This document shows, piece after piece, positions 12,706 to 21,873 of a stretch of DNA of 64,000 nt; the first letter of the stretch is position 1; every line of letters begins with the position of its first letter. The position numbers were made by a program, and so were the translations under genes. The notes below the pieces were generated by a model, which was not told the DNA's origin, made no database searches, and worked only from the letters and a program-made list of their open reading frames with translations. The stretch is from Trueperaceae bacterium (GTDB lineage: Bacteria > Deinococcota > Deinococci > Deinococcales > Trueperaceae): positions 2,464,001 to 2,528,000 of the forward strand of contig OZ243913.1 in the NCBI GenBank assembly GCA_965213705.1, written 5' to 3'.

Positions 12706-14709
12706 CTACTCTCCCGAATTTTCCACCGCCACAGGCTCGACTTTTAAACGGCGCTCTTTCGCGTTCATACGCAAGTGCTCGACGAACGCCTGGGCCGGCA
12801 CCCCGTTCTGGTTCGGCTCCTGGCGACTCCGGAACGAGACCGAGCCCGCCTCGGCTTCCTGGTCGCCGACGATGGCGGTGTAGGGGATTTTGTAAATCTC
12901 GGCGTCGCGGACTTTGGCGTTCATGCGCTCGCTGCGCGCGTCGACCGTGGCGCGTAGTCCGGCGTGCTCGAGGCTTTCTTTAAGGCTGTCCGCATAAGAA
13001 ACGTGCCGGTCGGCGATGGGTACGATGCGCACCTGCTCGGGCGCGAGCCACAGCGGAAAGTCCCCGGCGAAGTGCTCAATCATCACGCCCATAAAGCGCT
13101 CGGTCGAGCCGGTCACGGCGCGGTGAATCACCACCGGCGTGTGCCGCTCGCCGTCCTCGCCGACGTACTCGCAGCCCAAGCGCTCGGGTTGGATGAAGTC
13201 GACCTGGAGGGTCGAGAGTTGCCACTCGCGCCCGAGCACGTCCTGGGCCATAAAGTCGGCCTTGGGACCGTAAAAGGCGGCCTCGCCGTAGGCTTCGGTG
13301 TAGGGCACACCCTCGGCTTGAAGCGCGTCGCGCAGCGCTTGGGTGGCCTTGGTCCACTTCGCGTCGTCGTCGACGTACTTGCCCGCCTCGCCGCGCAAAC
13401 TGAGTTGGACCGAGTAGGCGTTGAAGGCGTAGGTATCGAGCACCTCGCGGATGAGTTTGAGGGCGAGGGCGAACTCCGCTTGAATTTGTTCTTCGGTGCA
13501 GAAGATGTGGCAGTCGTCCTGGGTGAGCGAGCGCACCCGCGTCAAGCCGTTCAACTCGCCCGACTTTTCGTAGCGGTAGAGCGTCGCGAATTCCGCGTAG
13601 CGCAGCGGCAACTCGCGGTACGAGTGGAGCCGGGTGTTGTAGAGCGTCATGTGACTGGGGCAGTTCATCGGTTTGAGGCGCAGCCGCACGCCGTCGTCAT
13701 CCATCGGGGGAAACATCGACTCGGCGTAGTTGTCCAGGTGGCCTGACTTTTCATACAAACTTTCTTTGACGAGGTGGCCGGTCCAGACGTGTTCGTAGCC
13801 GTAGCGGGTCTGCACCTCGCGGACGAAGCGTTCCATCTCAAAGCGGACGCGCTCGCCGCGCGGCAAAAACAGCGGGATGCCCGAGCCTACGTCGTCCGAA
13901 AAAGCGAACAGGTCGAGTTCGCGGCCGAGTTTGCGGTGGTCGCGTTTTTTGGCTTCCTCGAGCTGCCACAGGTAGTGCTCTAAGTCTTCCTTGCTGCGAA
14001 AAGCCACGCCGTAGATGCGTTGGAGCTGCGGCCGCGTCTCGTCGCCGCGCCAGTACGCGCCGGCCACGCTCATGAGTTTGAAGTGCGGCGGGATGTCACC
14101 GGTATTCGGCAGGTGCGGGCCGCGGCAGAGGTCGGTAAACCCCTCTCCCCCACCCTGTTCATAACCACCCTGTTCATAAAAGGTGATGGCCTCGCCTTCC
14201 GGCAAACCCTCGATGAGTTCGACCTTGTAGGGGTCGCCCTGTTTTTGGTAGCGCTCCAGGGCCTCAGCACGCGGTAACTCGAACTTGCGCAGCGGCAGCT
14301 TCGCCTTGAGGATGGCGCGCATCGTTTCTTCCAGGGCCGCCAGGTCCTCGGGCGTGAGGCTTTCGGGCAGGTCGAAGTCGTAGTAGAAGCCGTTTTCGAT
14401 GACCGGGCCGACGCCCATCTTCACGTCGCCGCGTTTGAAACCCTTGGCGACGAAGTGCTCCACGACCGCCTGGGCCATGACGTGGGCCAGGGTGTGCCGC
14501 GCGAGCTGCAGGCTCGCCTCGTCGCGCCCGGTGAGAATCGACACCTCCGCGCCCTCGGGCAGCTCGGTGAACAGGTCGGTGAGCCGGCCGTTCACCGTCG
14601 CGCCAAGGGCGGCCTTGGCAAGACCCGGTCCGACGGCGGCGGCCACGTCTTTGGGGGTAGCGGGTTCGTTCAGGGTCAGCTGTTTGCCGTCAGGAAGCGT
14701 GACGAGCAT
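12706..14709 (-). CDS. thrS: Threonine--tRNA ligase
   Basis: TGS domain, RHTLAHV, DLCRGPH, DHRKLG, KPMNCP, GLTRVR, AFYGPK, IHRA, anticodon-binding domain. Confidence 0.98.
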   Translation of the reverse strand: MLVTLPDGKQLTLNEPATPKDVAAAVGPGLAKAALGATVNGRLTDLFTELPEGAEVSILTGRDEASLQLARHTLAHVMAQAVVEHFVAKGFKRGDVKMGVGPVIENGFYYDFDLPESLTPEDLAALEETMRAILKAKLPLRKFELPRAEALERYQKQGDPYKVELIEGLPEGEAITFYEQGGYEQGGGEGFTDLCRGPHLPNTGDIPPHFKLMSVAGAYWRGDETRPQLQRIYGVAFRSKEDLEHYLWQLEEAKKRDHRKLGRELDLFAFSDDVGSGIPLFLPRGERVRFEMERFVREVQTRYGYEHVWTGHLVKESLYEKSGHLDNYAESMFPPMDDDGVRLRLKPMNCPSHMTLYNTRLHSYRELPLRYAEFATLYRYEKSGELNGLTRVRSLTQDDCHIFCTEEQIQAEFALALKLIREVLDTYAFNAYSVQLSLRGEAGKYVDDDAKWTKATQALRDALQAEGVPYTEAYGEAAFYGPKADFMAQDVLGREWQLSTLQVDFIQPERLGCEYVGEDGERHTPVVIHRAVTGSTERFMGVMIEHFAGDFPLWLAPEQVRIVPIADRHVSYADSLKESLEHAGLRATVDARSERMNAKVRDAEIYKIPYTAIVGDQEAEAGSVSFRSRQEPNQNGVPAQAFVEHLRMNAKERRLKVEPVAVENSGE

Positions 14710-15078
14710 AGAAACACCTCGGTTCTTTGGTAAATACAGACTGTAAACACGAATTGTTGAGTGCGGATTGCTTGCAATTTTGGCGTTAAAACGCTTGTGT
14801 CGGTCGGCCTCGGCTCAGCACGTTCGCGTCGACCAAAGGTCCAGGTAAGCGTGTAGAGGCGCGCGGCCGTTTACAAGTAAGCCGTCCATAAGTAACCAAA
14901 GTGTAGCACGGGCGTCGGGGGCTGTATATCTCTCACACGGCTCACTGACCGGGTATCTCACAGTCCCTATCCACGCGCTCTGTTACGATTGGGCCATAAA
15001 CCGGTTCGGCCCGTAAAACGGTACAGCAACCTACCGGCTGCACACTCGCCGAAAAGCCGAGACCCGAAGGAGTACGAC

Positions 15079-15516
15079 GTGAGCGGGGGAAACATCTTGC
15101 TGGTAGAGGACAACCAAGACGACGTCGACCTGACCCTGCGCGCGCTCGCCAAGGCGGCCATCGACATCGACGTGGTGCGCGACGGCGGCGAGGCGCTGGA
15201 CTACCTGTTGCGCCGGGCGGCTTTTGAAGACGTCGACAAACCGCTGCCCAACCTCGTGCTGCTCGACATCAACTTGCCCAAGTTGAGCGGGCTGGAGGTG
15301 TTGAGAGAGTTGCGCCGCAACGAGCCGACGCGGCTTTTGCCGGTGGTGATGTTGACTACGTCCAAGCAAGAGCAAGACATCTTGGAGAGCTATGCGGGCG
15401 GGGCCAACAGCTACGTCCGCAAACCCGTGAGCTACCCGGAGTTCGTGGCGGCGGTCAACCAGCTCGGGGTTTACTGGTTGGGTTTGAACCAAGCACCGTG
15501 GAAGACCGCGTCGTAA
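15079..15516 (+). CDS. Stand-alone response regulator receiver (Rcp1/CheY-like)
   Basis: AAGGAG then GTG; ILLVEDN, LLDINLP, MLTTS, GANSYVRKP. Confidence 0.9.
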   Translation: MSGGNILLVEDNQDDVDLTLRALAKAAIDIDVVRDGGEALDYLLRRAAFEDVDKPLPNLVLLDINLPKLSGLEVLRELRRNEPTRLLPVVMLTTSKQEQDILESYAGGANSYVRKPVSYPEFVAAVNQLGVYWLGLNQAPWKTAS

Positions 15517-16688
15517 ACCGAACCTTAAAACTCTTGTTGGTGGAGGACTCCGCCGACGACGCCGAACTCGTCCAGTTGGCGCTGGTTCGCAGCGGCTACC
15601 GGCTCGAGACCTGTCAATTCAGCGATTTGGGCGCTGTGAGGAGGGCTTTGCGCGACCAGGTCTGGGACGTCGTCGTGACCGACCACGCCATGCCGGGCCT
15701 GAGTTCCGGCGACGTTATCGACCTTGTGCCCGCCGGCACGCCTTGTATCGTCGTATCGGGAGCCGTCGGCGAGGAGACGGCGGTGAGCTTGCTCCAGCGC
15801 GGGGCGGTCGACTACGTCAACAAAAACAACCTGCGCAGGCTTGGCGGCGCGGTCAGCCGGGCGCTGAGCGAAACCCAAAACTTGCAAGCCCGCCGCCGCG
15901 CCGAGGCCGAACTGCGCACCGCGCACGCGGACTTAGAAAAGCGTGTGCAGTTGCGCACGGCCGAGTTGCAGCTCGCCAACGCCCGGTTGCGCGAAGAGAT
16001 GGACGAGCGGCGCAAGGCCGAAACAGAACTCAGCAACGCGCGCCTTTTTTTGGTGCGGCTACGCGAACAAGAACGCTTAAACTTGTCCAGAGAAATACAC
16101 GACGGCGTCGTCCAGGACTTGATAGGTGTCGGCTACGCGGTGGCCGACACCGAGCGCAAAGTCGTCGCGGGCCAAACCCTGAGCGACACCGTCACCCTTT
16201 TGCGGCGGCACCGCGCCGACATTTTAGCGTCGGTCCGCCGCTTGCGCACCCTCGTCAAAGGTTTGCGCCCACCCGGCCTACACGAGTTCGGTTTGGAACA
16301 CGCCTTGCAGGTGTTTGTGGGTTCCCTGGACACGTCCGGACGACCCGCTTGTCACCTCACCGTGACCGAAGACGCGGTCGACTTGTCCGAAGCGGTGAGT
16401 CAAGCGTTTTTTCGAGTAGCCCAAGAAGCGGTTCGAAACGCCTTGCGCCACGCCCGAGCGACCACCGTCGACATCGCAGTGTCGGTTCGCGACGACGGGG
16501 CGTACCTGGTAGTCAGCGACGACGGCTCAGGTTTCAGGGTGCCGGAACGGCTCGGTAGCCTGGCTGCGGACGAACATTTCGGTTTGGTCGGCATGGACGA
16601 ACACGCTCAACTCGTCGGCGGGCAACTGTACCTGGAGTCCGCGCCCGGCCACGGCACGCGCGTGACGGTGGTCGTCCCGCTGGACTGA
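15498..16688 (+). CDS. Hybrid receiver + HisKA_3 (NarX-type) sensor kinase
   Basis: N-terminal REC (LLVEDS, TDHAMP); REIHDGVVQ, QEAVRNALRHA, DDGSGF, FGLVGM. Confidence 0.9.
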   Translation: MEDRVVNRTLKLLLVEDSADDAELVQLALVRSGYRLETCQFSDLGAVRRALRDQVWDVVVTDHAMPGLSSGDVIDLVPAGTPCIVVSGAVGEETAVSLLQRGAVDYVNKNNLRRLGGAVSRALSETQNLQARRRAEAELRTAHADLEKRVQLRTAELQLANARLREEMDERRKAETELSNARLFLVRLREQERLNLSREIHDGVVQDLIGVGYAVADTERKVVAGQTLSDTVTLLRRHRADILASVRRLRTLVKGLRPPGLHEFGLEHALQVFVGSLDTSGRPACHLTVTEDAVDLSEAVSQAFFRVAQEAVRNALRHARATTVDIAVSVRDDGAYLVVSDDGSGFRVPERLGSLAADEHFGLVGMDEHAQLVGGQLYLESAPGHGTRVTVVVPLD

Positions 16689-16985
16689 CGCGCCCGAGCA
16701 CTTGACGCCGGCAAAAGAGTTTGCGCGTCCCCAACATTCCTGCAGATGCGGCCGAAACTGGCAAGGTTTACACAAGACGCTAAACCTCGTCACGAGTTTT
16801 CGGTCTTTTTCGCTCGAGCTGTAAGGGTTACAGGGTGCTGCTTGAGCCGGGGACGTACCGGCTCGTTGCACACCTCGACCGTGGTTTAAGCCTGACACGA
16901 GTGGGGCAAAGAACAGGCGACCGGGTCAAGATTACGCGGCCGCCGCCGTTGGTCTCTCCTCGTTGGCAGTCAAATTGATAGATTT

Positions 16986-17033
16986 CTCAAGTGAGTGTTT
17001 TCACAATAACTATGCGCGTGAAATGTTTGTTCC
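16986..17033 (+). repeat. ~48-bp dispersed repeat, copy D
   Basis: ctcaagtgagtgttttcacaataactatgcgcgtgaaatgtttgttcc. Confidence 0.75.
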
Positions 17034-17073
17034 GTTTGTAGCTCTTCGGCCGGTTGCAGGGTTAGGATAAAGC

Positions 17074-17877
17074 ATGTCTCTCGTCGCGCTGCTTTGTCAC
17101 GACTTGCAAGGGGTAACCGCGTTGACCCAGGTCAAGCACCCGTCTTTTGTTTTTCAGCCCCTGAGCGCTCGTTACCCGGTTGCCACTGTGCTGGACGCCT
17201 TGAGCGTTTTGGAGTTTGCGGGCGCTTTTGTCCTGGACGAGCCCCTGCAACGGCAAGTCGCGGCGGCGGTGCACCGCTCGAGCTTGGCTGCTCGCACCTT
17301 CGGCGTCGCCGACACGGTGACGGTCACGTCTGCCGGTTTGGTCGGCGATTACAACCTGGGCCGCGCCCTGGTCGCCGCGGTGCAAGCCGAGCGGTGGGAC
17401 GTCGGGGGTGCGCGGGTGGTGGTGCTGGGCGCGGGACCGGCGGCCTCGGTCAGCGCGCGCGAACTCGCCGGTCTGGGTGCCGGCAGGGTCACGCTTTTTG
17501 CGGCCGACCGGCCCAGCGCCGAACGCGCGCTCGGCTCGCTGGCCGTCACGGCGACAGCCGAGGCGCTCGCCTTGGGCGGCCCCCTGGCTAGAGCCTACTT
17601 TGAAAGGGCGGATATTTTGGTGCGCACCGACGACCGCTTGAAGCTGGACGAACGCTTGCTCGGCCCCCACCTCAACGTGGTTGACTTGGCCCCGGAACCG
17701 CTGAGCGCGCTGCGGCGCAACGCCTTGCAGCGCGGCGCGAAATCGCTCGGTCTGCGCGACGTTCAGGCGTACCAAACGGCGCTCGCCTTGGGAACTGTTT
17801 TGGGCGGGACGGTAGAGGCGGCACCCTTTTTGGAGGCCCTGCACAACTCGCCGACAAACAACGTGCGGAGCAGTTGA
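17074..17877 (+). CDS. Shikimate dehydrogenase-like fold protein, degenerate
   Basis: VVLGAGPAA Rossmann motif and overall AroE-like layout; catalytic motifs not recognisable. Confidence 0.65.
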   Translation: MSLVALLCHDLQGVTALTQVKHPSFVFQPLSARYPVATVLDALSVLEFAGAFVLDEPLQRQVAAAVHRSSLAARTFGVADTVTVTSAGLVGDYNLGRALVAAVQAERWDVGGARVVVLGAGPAASVSARELAGLGAGRVTLFAADRPSAERALGSLAVTATAEALALGGPLARAYFERADILVRTDDRLKLDERLLGPHLNVVDLAPEPLSALRRNALQRGAKSLGLRDVQAYQTALALGTVLGGTVEAAPFLEALHNSPTNNVRSS

Positions 17878-18199
17878 CGAAGCCGCAGCCCGCTCGAGCC
17901 CAACCCGGCGCATCCTGCCGGACGTGCTACACGCATCGCCCCGGAGGCGGCAACGGCTGGGGCGACGCACTTTCACCCTCCACCCTGTCAGCAAGGACGG
18001 TTCGACGAAGAACGGGACCCGCTACGGCAAGTGGCGTTGCCGTGAAGTGTTGAAGCCTCGGTATCTTAGAAAAACGGACGCGGGAAACGGACGCGGCAAG
18101 AGGTCACCCCGCTCGGTCGTCTCGACACCGGGTGGAAACACCGAAGGTAAGGTTTGTCTCATGTGGAACCCGGCACGGCCTTTTAGACTGATGGTATCT

Positions 18200-19768
18200 A
18201 TGACGTCAACTATGACCGGGACCTGTGTAAGTAGTACGAAAAAAAGGGCGCGAATCGCTGTGCGCGTGTGGTTGGTGTTGATAAGCCTGTGGGCCACCGG
18301 TTTCGCGCAAGAAGCGCTCTACAAACTGCCTGACGGGTTGGTCAGCCGCAGCGGGGGCGCCGTCACCGTGCGGGGTCCGACCGGCGACCTGAGTTACGTC
18401 GAGGGCTTGGGTTGGAGTTCAGGGCTGACGCTCGACCCGCTCGTCGTCGTTGGTGACGAAGTGTACGGCAGCGACGCGCTTTTGCAGTTTTTAGGTATAG
18501 CGTCGCCGCGCTTGGCCGGGGTGCGTTTCGGCGGCAGCGGCACGGTGCGCGTGGTGTTCGACCTGCAAGGGTTGAGCGCCCCGCTCGAGCTTGTCGGTCA
18601 AGGGCGGTTGCAGGCGGGCGCGACCCTTCGCCTCACCCTACCCGAATTGCTGCTTCCTTTGGAGCTACCCGACCCGTACCGGGGCGTCGCGGTCGAGGTC
18701 ACAGGCGGCCCGACCACGACGGTCGAGGTCACGGGTCCCGAGGCGTTTTACAGCGTGTTCAGCCTGGAAACCCCTAGTCGGCTCGTCTTAGACATCACGC
18801 CGGTCGCGCAGAGCGATGTGCGGGACGAAACGAGGGTGTTGCGGCCCGGCGTGACCTGGCGCACTTTCAGCGCGCCGACGGCCGTGGGCTCGAGCGCGGT
18901 CCAGCTGCTGGAAATAGCGCCGACGGCGGGCGAATTCCGCGTGGTCGGCAGCGCCGAGACGCCCAGCACCGTGTCAAACCTCGCGGACGGCGCCTTCGCC
19001 GCCATCAACGCGGGCTACTTCGACACCCGCACCTTCGATGCGATAGGTCTGCTCAAGGTGGACTACGGCTTGTTGTCGCTGCCGTCGCGCAGCCGCGCCA
19101 GCGTCGGGTTTGGACTCGGCGGCACGGTCATCGACCGGGTAGATGCAAAAGTCAACGTGAGACTCAACGGTCGCCGCGTCGTCGGGGTGTCGTCCGCCGC
19201 GTCGGAAGTGTCGGTCCATACCGCTGCAGGTACTCACGTGGGATTGCCGACCGACGGCGTCGTGACGGTTTCCGGCGGGCGCGTCGTCGCCAACCGGACG
19301 GGTCCGCAGACCGTGCCGCCTCAAGGCTTCGCCCTCGTCTACGAGCCGGGTCTGCGCGAACTCGCGCTCGCCGACGCAGGCGACACGGCGAGCTACGAAA
19401 TCGACTTTTCACCGCAGAGTTTTGGCGCGGTCAGGTACGCGGTCGAGGCGGGACCGCTTCTGGTGGCGGCGGGCCGCCCCGCCTTCGACCCTGAAGCCGA
19501 GGCTTTCGAGCGCGGCGAGCGAATTTTGGACGTTTACACGCAGCAAGCCGCCATCGGCGTGCGCGCCGACGGCACGGTTCTTTTGGTCGCAGCCGACAAC
19601 ATGGTTGCCGAGGAACTGGTGCCCTTGTTTTTGGCGCTCGGCGCCACCGCCGCGATGCGCTTAGACAGCGGCAGTTCGACCACGCTCGTGGTCGAGGGCC
19701 GCGTGCTCAACCGCGCCTCGGAGCGCAAGGTGGTGAGCGCTATCGTGTTCGTGCCCTACGCGAACTGA
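18200..19768 (+). CDS. Exported phosphodiester glycosidase (NAGPA/DUF2233) family protein with AMIN-like segments (start uncertain)
   Basis: Signal peptide; RVVFDL, PSRLVLD, AINAGYF, AGPLLV, AMRLDSGSST. Confidence 0.82.
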   Translation: MTSTMTGTCVSSTKKRARIAVRVWLVLISLWATGFAQEALYKLPDGLVSRSGGAVTVRGPTGDLSYVEGLGWSSGLTLDPLVVVGDEVYGSDALLQFLGIASPRLAGVRFGGSGTVRVVFDLQGLSAPLELVGQGRLQAGATLRLTLPELLLPLELPDPYRGVAVEVTGGPTTTVEVTGPEAFYSVFSLETPSRLVLDITPVAQSDVRDETRVLRPGVTWRTFSAPTAVGSSAVQLLEIAPTAGEFRVVGSAETPSTVSNLADGAFAAINAGYFDTRTFDAIGLLKVDYGLLSLPSRSRASVGFGLGGTVIDRVDAKVNVRLNGRRVVGVSSAASEVSVHTAAGTHVGLPTDGVVTVSGGRVVANRTGPQTVPPQGFALVYEPGLRELALADAGDTASYEIDFSPQSFGAVRYAVEAGPLLVAAGRPAFDPEAEAFERGERILDVYTQQAAIGVRADGTVLLVAADNMVAEELVPLFLALGATAAMRLDSGSSTTLVVEGRVLNRASERKVVSAIVFVPYAN

Positions 19769-19793
19769 CGCCGACCGGCGGTATACTCGGGAC

Positions 19794-21284
19794 ATGAAAA
19801 GTTTGTGGAGGGTCGGGCGGCGGCTGTTGGGTCTCGGCCTGGTGACGAGTCTGCTGGGCGCAGCGCTGGGCGCACAGGGGGTTCCGGCCGGTCGGGCTGC
19901 TCAAGTCACGCTCGAGCTGGGTTTCGGCGGCGAAATCGTGGCGGGACGCTGGAACCCGCTCCGGTTAACGGTCCGTGACACGCCCCCCGCCGAACTCGTC
20001 GTCAGCTTCGACCAAAGCAGCTTTACCGAGCCCGAAACCCTGGGGCTTTACCGGCTGCAGATACCTGGCAGCGGTGGCGTCGCCGTTTTTGAAGATGACG
20101 TGTTCGTGCCCGAGTGGCGCCAGCTCGTGTGGCGGCTTGTGAGCGACGACACCGTGTTGGCGAGCGGCAGCTTGGGGAGGGCGTTGCGGGACGCCCGGCC
20201 GCTCACGCTGCTGCTCTCGGCTCGCCCGGCTCGGTGGCAAAACGTTCTTGACGACGCGCGCGTCGTGGTTCTACCCGCCGGCTTGTTACCCGAACGCCTG
20301 GCCGCCTTCGACGGCGTGAGCACCCTGCTTATAGACGGCAGCGCACCCGCGCCGCACTTAGCGGCTGTTGCCGCAGCCACGAGCGCGGGCGTACAGACCC
20401 TGCTCGTCGAGGCGTTGCCGCGCAGCCACGAGGAGTTGCGCGCCCTCAGCGCCGAACAGCCCCTACGCCTCGGCGCGGGTTGGCTGGCGCGTTTGAGCGA
20501 CCCGGAGGCAAGCCTGCCGACCCTGGACCGGGTCGACTTTAGCAGCGTAACCACCGCCTTGCTGAACAGCGACATGCACCCGCCACCGCCGGCGCCGGCG
20601 CAGCTGCCCCTTGCCCTGGTAGCGGGTGGCTACGCGGTGCTGGTACTGCTGCTACTGCGCTTTGCCGGTACGCCGGGGCTGGTGACGGGCTTGGCGGTGG
20701 CCGCCCTGAGCGGTGTCAGCGCGTGGCTTTACTTGCGGCCGGCGACAGAGCAGACGGTGTTGAGCCGCAGCGTCGTCACGAGTGGGGGCGCGCTGGCCCG
20801 CCGCGACGAGGTGCGCAGCGTGTTTTCGCTGCCCCGCACCACAGCGCAGGTAGCGGGCGCGGCGCGTCCCACGGGTGCGCTGCCCTACACGCAGACCCGC
20901 AGCGCGAGAGCCGAGTTTCGCCCCAGCGCTCCGGGCGAACAGTTCGAGGTCGCCTTGGCGCGCTGGGGCGCGGCCGACCTCGCCTTGCGGCCGCAACTGG
21001 TAGAAGCCGCGCTGCGCTGGCAAGAGGGGACGTTGCACAACTCGAGCGGCGTTTTGTTGGGCGACTTGTTCGTCGTGGGTCTGGGAGCGCAGCCGGACTT
21101 GGCTGCGGGCGCGAGTTGGACGCCGCGAGCGGCCGAAGAGCGCAGCTTGCCGAGCGTTTACCATGCCCTCGCGGACGCGCTGCCCACGGGCACGGCGCTG
21201 GCCCGCTCCGGGGGTACTTTGTACCTCGCGCCGCCCCCTTACGCGCACCTTGCCGGAGGTTCCGATGCTCGAGCCGGTCGCTGA
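19794..21284 (+). CDS. Hypothetical exported/membrane protein with a GATase-like central segment
   Basis: Signal peptide, LGFGG..GRWNPL, LPERLAAFDGV, two TM helices; TATACT 6 nt before ATG. Confidence 0.7.
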   Translation: MKSLWRVGRRLLGLGLVTSLLGAALGAQGVPAGRAAQVTLELGFGGEIVAGRWNPLRLTVRDTPPAELVVSFDQSSFTEPETLGLYRLQIPGSGGVAVFEDDVFVPEWRQLVWRLVSDDTVLASGSLGRALRDARPLTLLLSARPARWQNVLDDARVVVLPAGLLPERLAAFDGVSTLLIDGSAPAPHLAAVAAATSAGVQTLLVEALPRSHEELRALSAEQPLRLGAGWLARLSDPEASLPTLDRVDFSSVTTALLNSDMHPPPPAPAQLPLALVAGGYAVLVLLLLRFAGTPGLVTGLAVAALSGVSAWLYLRPATEQTVLSRSVVTSGGALARRDEVRSVFSLPRTTAQVAGAARPTGALPYTQTRSARAEFRPSAPGEQFEVALARWGAADLALRPQLVEAALRWQEGTLHNSSGVLLGDLFVVGLGAQPDLAAGASWTPRAAEERSLPSVYHALADALPTGTALARSGGTLYLAPPPYAHLAGGSDARAGR

Positions 21285-21873
21285 GCGTTTTCGGGACGCC
21301 GACCTGTCGCAACTCGGCACCTTGTTTTTTACAGCGGTGCTGTTCAGTTTTTTTGTGGCTTGGCCCACGCGCCAGGAGGCAAACAACAGCTACTTCGCCG
21401 TGAGCCAGGTGCGCGTGGTGGGTTTAGCGCTGCTGGCGCTCGGCTACGGAGCGCACAGCGTAAAGCGTGAGCGCACTTGGCAGCGCGGCACGCTGGGCGC
21501 GCTCGTCAGTTTAGCGCTACTATCGAGTCCGCTGGAAATCGCCAGCTACGCGCTGAGCTTTCCGGGCGTACCGCTCACTTACAGCCTGAGCCTCGCCCTT
21601 ATCGACACGGTCGCCCTCTTTGGGTTGGGGCTTAGCCTCGCCGCCGCCCTACATTTTTTGCGGCTCAACGCGCTGCTACCGCTCGCCGTGCCCGCGCTGT
21701 TGGTCGGTTTTGTGTTTGTCGACATCACTTTGGGTTTCAGCGTCGCCAGCCCGCTCGGAGCTTTGAGCAGCGTCGCGCCCTGGCACTTGGGTTTGATGAG
21801 CGCTCTGGCGCTGGCGACGGCGGCTTGGCTCAGTCGCCCCGGACGGACTGAGACGAAAGTGGAGGCATCATGA
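21265..21873 (+). CDS. Hypothetical multi-pass membrane protein (permease-like)
   Basis: GGAGG + ATG overlapping the previous gene; about 6 hydrophobic helices. Confidence 0.72.
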   Translation: MLEPVAERFRDADLSQLGTLFFTAVLFSFFVAWPTRQEANNSYFAVSQVRVVGLALLALGYGAHSVKRERTWQRGTLGALVSLALLSSPLEIASYALSFPGVPLTYSLSLALIDTVALFGLGLSLAAALHFLRLNALLPLAVPALLVGFVFVDITLGFSVASPLGALSSVAPWHLGLMSALALATAAWLSRPGRTETKVEAS

